Shown here one piece after another: positions 34,810 to 36,099 of a stretch of 36,099 nucleotides of DNA. The notes under the pieces were generated by a model. It saw nothing but the letters and a program-made list of their open reading frames with translations. It did no database searches and had not been told where the DNA came from. Both the position numbers and the translations under genes were made by a program. This stretch comes from an uncultured Gemmatimonadaceae bacterium (lineage in GTDB: Bacteria; Gemmatimonadota; Gemmatimonadetes; Gemmatimonadales; GWC2-71-9): assembly GCA_964627675.1 (NCBI GenBank), contig CAZVKD010000002.1, positions 4,207 to 40,305 of the forward strand, read 5' to 3'. How positions within the stretch are numbered: position 1 is the first letter of the stretch; each line of letters opens with the position of its first letter.

Positions 34810-35580
34810 TCAGATCTCGGCGACGCCGCGGCGAAACATCATCACGGCAATGGTTGCCAGCAGCACGGCAAACGCCATCCGGAGTCCTCGGGCTCCAATC
34901 CGGTGGCCCCCCAGCGCGGCGGGCACGGCGCCCACCAACGTACCCAGCATGGCCGCGGTGGCCGCGCTCACGACCATATCTCCCCGCGCGTAATAGACCA
35001 GCGCGCCGGCCGCGGCGGTCATCCCGATCATGTACGTGCTGGTGGCTACGGCCCGTTCGAACGGAAGCCCCACCACCAGGTGGAGCACCGGCGTGTTGAG
35101 GATCCCACCGCCCACACCCAGCAGTCCCGAGATGATGCCCGCGCCGACCGAGGCGCCGCGGGCGACCCCGGCGCGGGACCAGCGCGTATGCTCCAACAGC
35201 CGCTCGATCAGCCCCTCCTTCTGCGACGGCCACATTTGACCGGCGGTGAGCAGCAGCAGCGCGGCAAAGGTGAGAAACAGCGGCCCCGCGGGAATCAGGC
35301 CGGCGCCCAGTCCCGCAGCCACGGCCCCGATGACGGCGAAAAACTGCAATTCGATCGCGGTGGCAAGCTCCACCCGCTGTTTCCTGAGATGGACGGCCGA
35401 GCCCGACACCGACGTGGCGCAGATGCACACCAGACTCGCCGAGACGGCCACGCGCAGCGGAAGCCCACCCCACAGGGCGAGCGCGGGGACGATCAGGAGC
35501 CCGCCACCCACGCCAAGGAGCGCCCCCAGCGCCCCAGCGGCAAAGCCGATCGAGAAGAGAGGCAGAAAGTCGGTGGACAC
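34810..35580 (-). CDS. TauE/SafE (TSUP, DUF81) family anion/sulfite exporter
   Basis: A 256-aa polytopic membrane protein with the duplicated family motif (GALLGVGGGLLIVPAL and SGLLGVGGGILNTPVL). The start is a GTG. Confidence 0.85.
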   Translation of the reverse strand: MSTDFLPLFSIGFAAGALGALLGVGGGLLIVPALALWGGLPLRVAVSASLVCICATSVSGSAVHLRKQRVELATAIELQFFAVIGAVAAGLGAGLIPAGPLFLTFAALLLLTAGQMWPSQKEGLIERLLEHTRWSRAGVARGASVGAGIISGLLGVGGGILNTPVLHLVVGLPFERAVATSTYMIGMTAAAGALVYYARGDMVVSAATAAMLGTLVGAVPAALGGHRIGARGLRMAFAVLLATIAVMMFRRGVAEI

Positions 35581-35661
35581 CCGCGGGTAATCCTAGCTTC
35601 CCTCCCGGCGGGCGGGAATCCTTGCGCAGGCGTGACCCGCTGGGCTTCTTCCTCATCGCTC

Positions 35662-36099
35662 ATGTCGCACACCGCGCCGCTCGCATCCCGTCTCGGCACG
35701 CTGTCGCAGCGCGTGCGGGGCCCCGCCGCTGACGCGGTGCTCGTGGGACTCGCGGTGGCAGTCATCCATGCCCTGGCGCGCATGTCCGACCTGATCGGCG
35801 TCGGGTCCTTCCACGACGACGGCGTCTACATGGCGCTCGGCAAGAGCATCGCCGACGGCACGGGATACCGATCCATCTACACCCCGGGCGACCCCGTGCA
35901 TCTCAAGTACCCTCCGGGCCTCCCGCTCATCCTCGCCACGCTGTGGAACGTGGCCGGGACCCTCGATGCGGTAACGCGGCTCCACGGGGTGCTGACGCTC
36001 GCCGCCGTCGGAACGGCGGCCGCATGTCTGTGGTGGCTCGCCCGTAACGAGTTGAAGCTGGACACCTTTCTGACCCTGCTCGTTGGGATGAGTCCTTTT
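35662..36099 (+). CDS. GT-C fold membrane glycosyltransferase (ArnT / PMT / GT39-like), N-terminal part; continues beyond the window end
   Basis: Absent from the ORF track because there is no stop in the window. My translation from the ATG at 35662 starts MSHTAPLASRLGTLSQRVRGPAADAVLVGLAVAVIHALARMSDLIGVGSFHDDGVYMALGKSIADGTGYRS. It continues ...HLKYPPGLPLILATLW.... The DDGVY...G.GY...YPPGLPL pattern and hydrophobic helices resemble ArnT/PMT_2-family N-termini. Confidence 0.55.
   Translation, partial: MSHTAPLASRLGTLSQRVRGPAADAVLVGLAVAVIHALARMSDLIGVGSFHDDGVYMALGKSIADGTGYRSIYTPGDPVHLKYPPGLPLILATLWNVAGTLDAVTRLHGVLTLAAVGTAAACLWWLARNELKLDTFLTLLVGMSPF

Noticed and set aside
35581-35661. Promoter search in the tauE / glycosyltransferase divergent spacer, for example TAGGAT 9 nt upstream of the tauE GTG.
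   Set aside because: No acceptable -35 partner exists at 16-19 nt for either orientation, so the evidence is insufficient for a feature call.
1-36099. Scan for tRNA/rRNA/tmRNA, CRISPR repeats, IS or transposase ends, integrases, phage or defence modules, and long direct or inverted repeats.
   Set aside because: No intergenic region exceeds 200 nt. None shows tRNA-like T-arm/anticodon architecture or repeat-spacer periodicity. Every sizeable ORF with a coding-like translation is a recognisable housekeeping gene. The only exact repeat noted is the 9-mer at 17341/17358.

Overview
This is a high-GC (roughly 68-70% by eye) bacterial chromosomal segment made up almost entirely of core housekeeping genes. 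I call 35 protein genes, 33 of them on the minus strand.

Gene order, reading the minus strand from high to low coordinates:
- tauE-like exporter, small membrane protein, aroA, cmk
- rpsA
- pccB-type carboxyltransferase, biotin carboxylase, RlmD/TrmA-like RNA methyltransferase, stand-alone biotinyl protein
- rplM, rpsI
- rpsB, tsf, pyrH, frr, cdsA, dxr, rseP
- a Hanks-type Ser/Thr kinase on the plus strand
- rpsO, pnp, M16 peptidase, ald
- mreB, mreC, mreD, mrdA, rodA, accD, folC, hisS, proS, lysA, guaA

Two genes run off the window edges and are absent from the ORF track: guaA at the start and a GT-C/ArnT-like glycosyltransferase at the end.

Many ORF-track entries carry spurious N-terminal extensions. 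I trimmed them using homology, Shine-Dalgarno motifs and ATGA/GTGA stop-start overlaps.

I see no rRNA or tRNA genes, CRISPR array, IS, transposase, integrase, phage genes, or recognisable toxin or defence genes. I do not find a convincing novel system; this looks like ordinary, very compact core genome. The lineage guess of Gemmatimonadota-like or another high-GC Gram-negative is low confidence.

Items worth a second look:
1. An acyl-CoA carboxylase operon whose biotin carboxylase and biotin carrier genes are separated by a translationally coupled RNA methyltransferase gene.
2. Face-to-face overlapping promoter hexamers between rpsO and an apparently leaderless, tail-anchored Ser/Thr kinase gene, flanked by a 9-nt direct repeat.
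3. Structured intergenic RNAs: an rpsO-pnp hairpin, an rpsB-tsf attenuator-like hairpin, and an rpsA terminator abutting pccB.
4. Promoter -35 boxes that embed the upstream gene's TGA stop codon.
5. Extreme stop/start overlap that links functionally unrelated genes.
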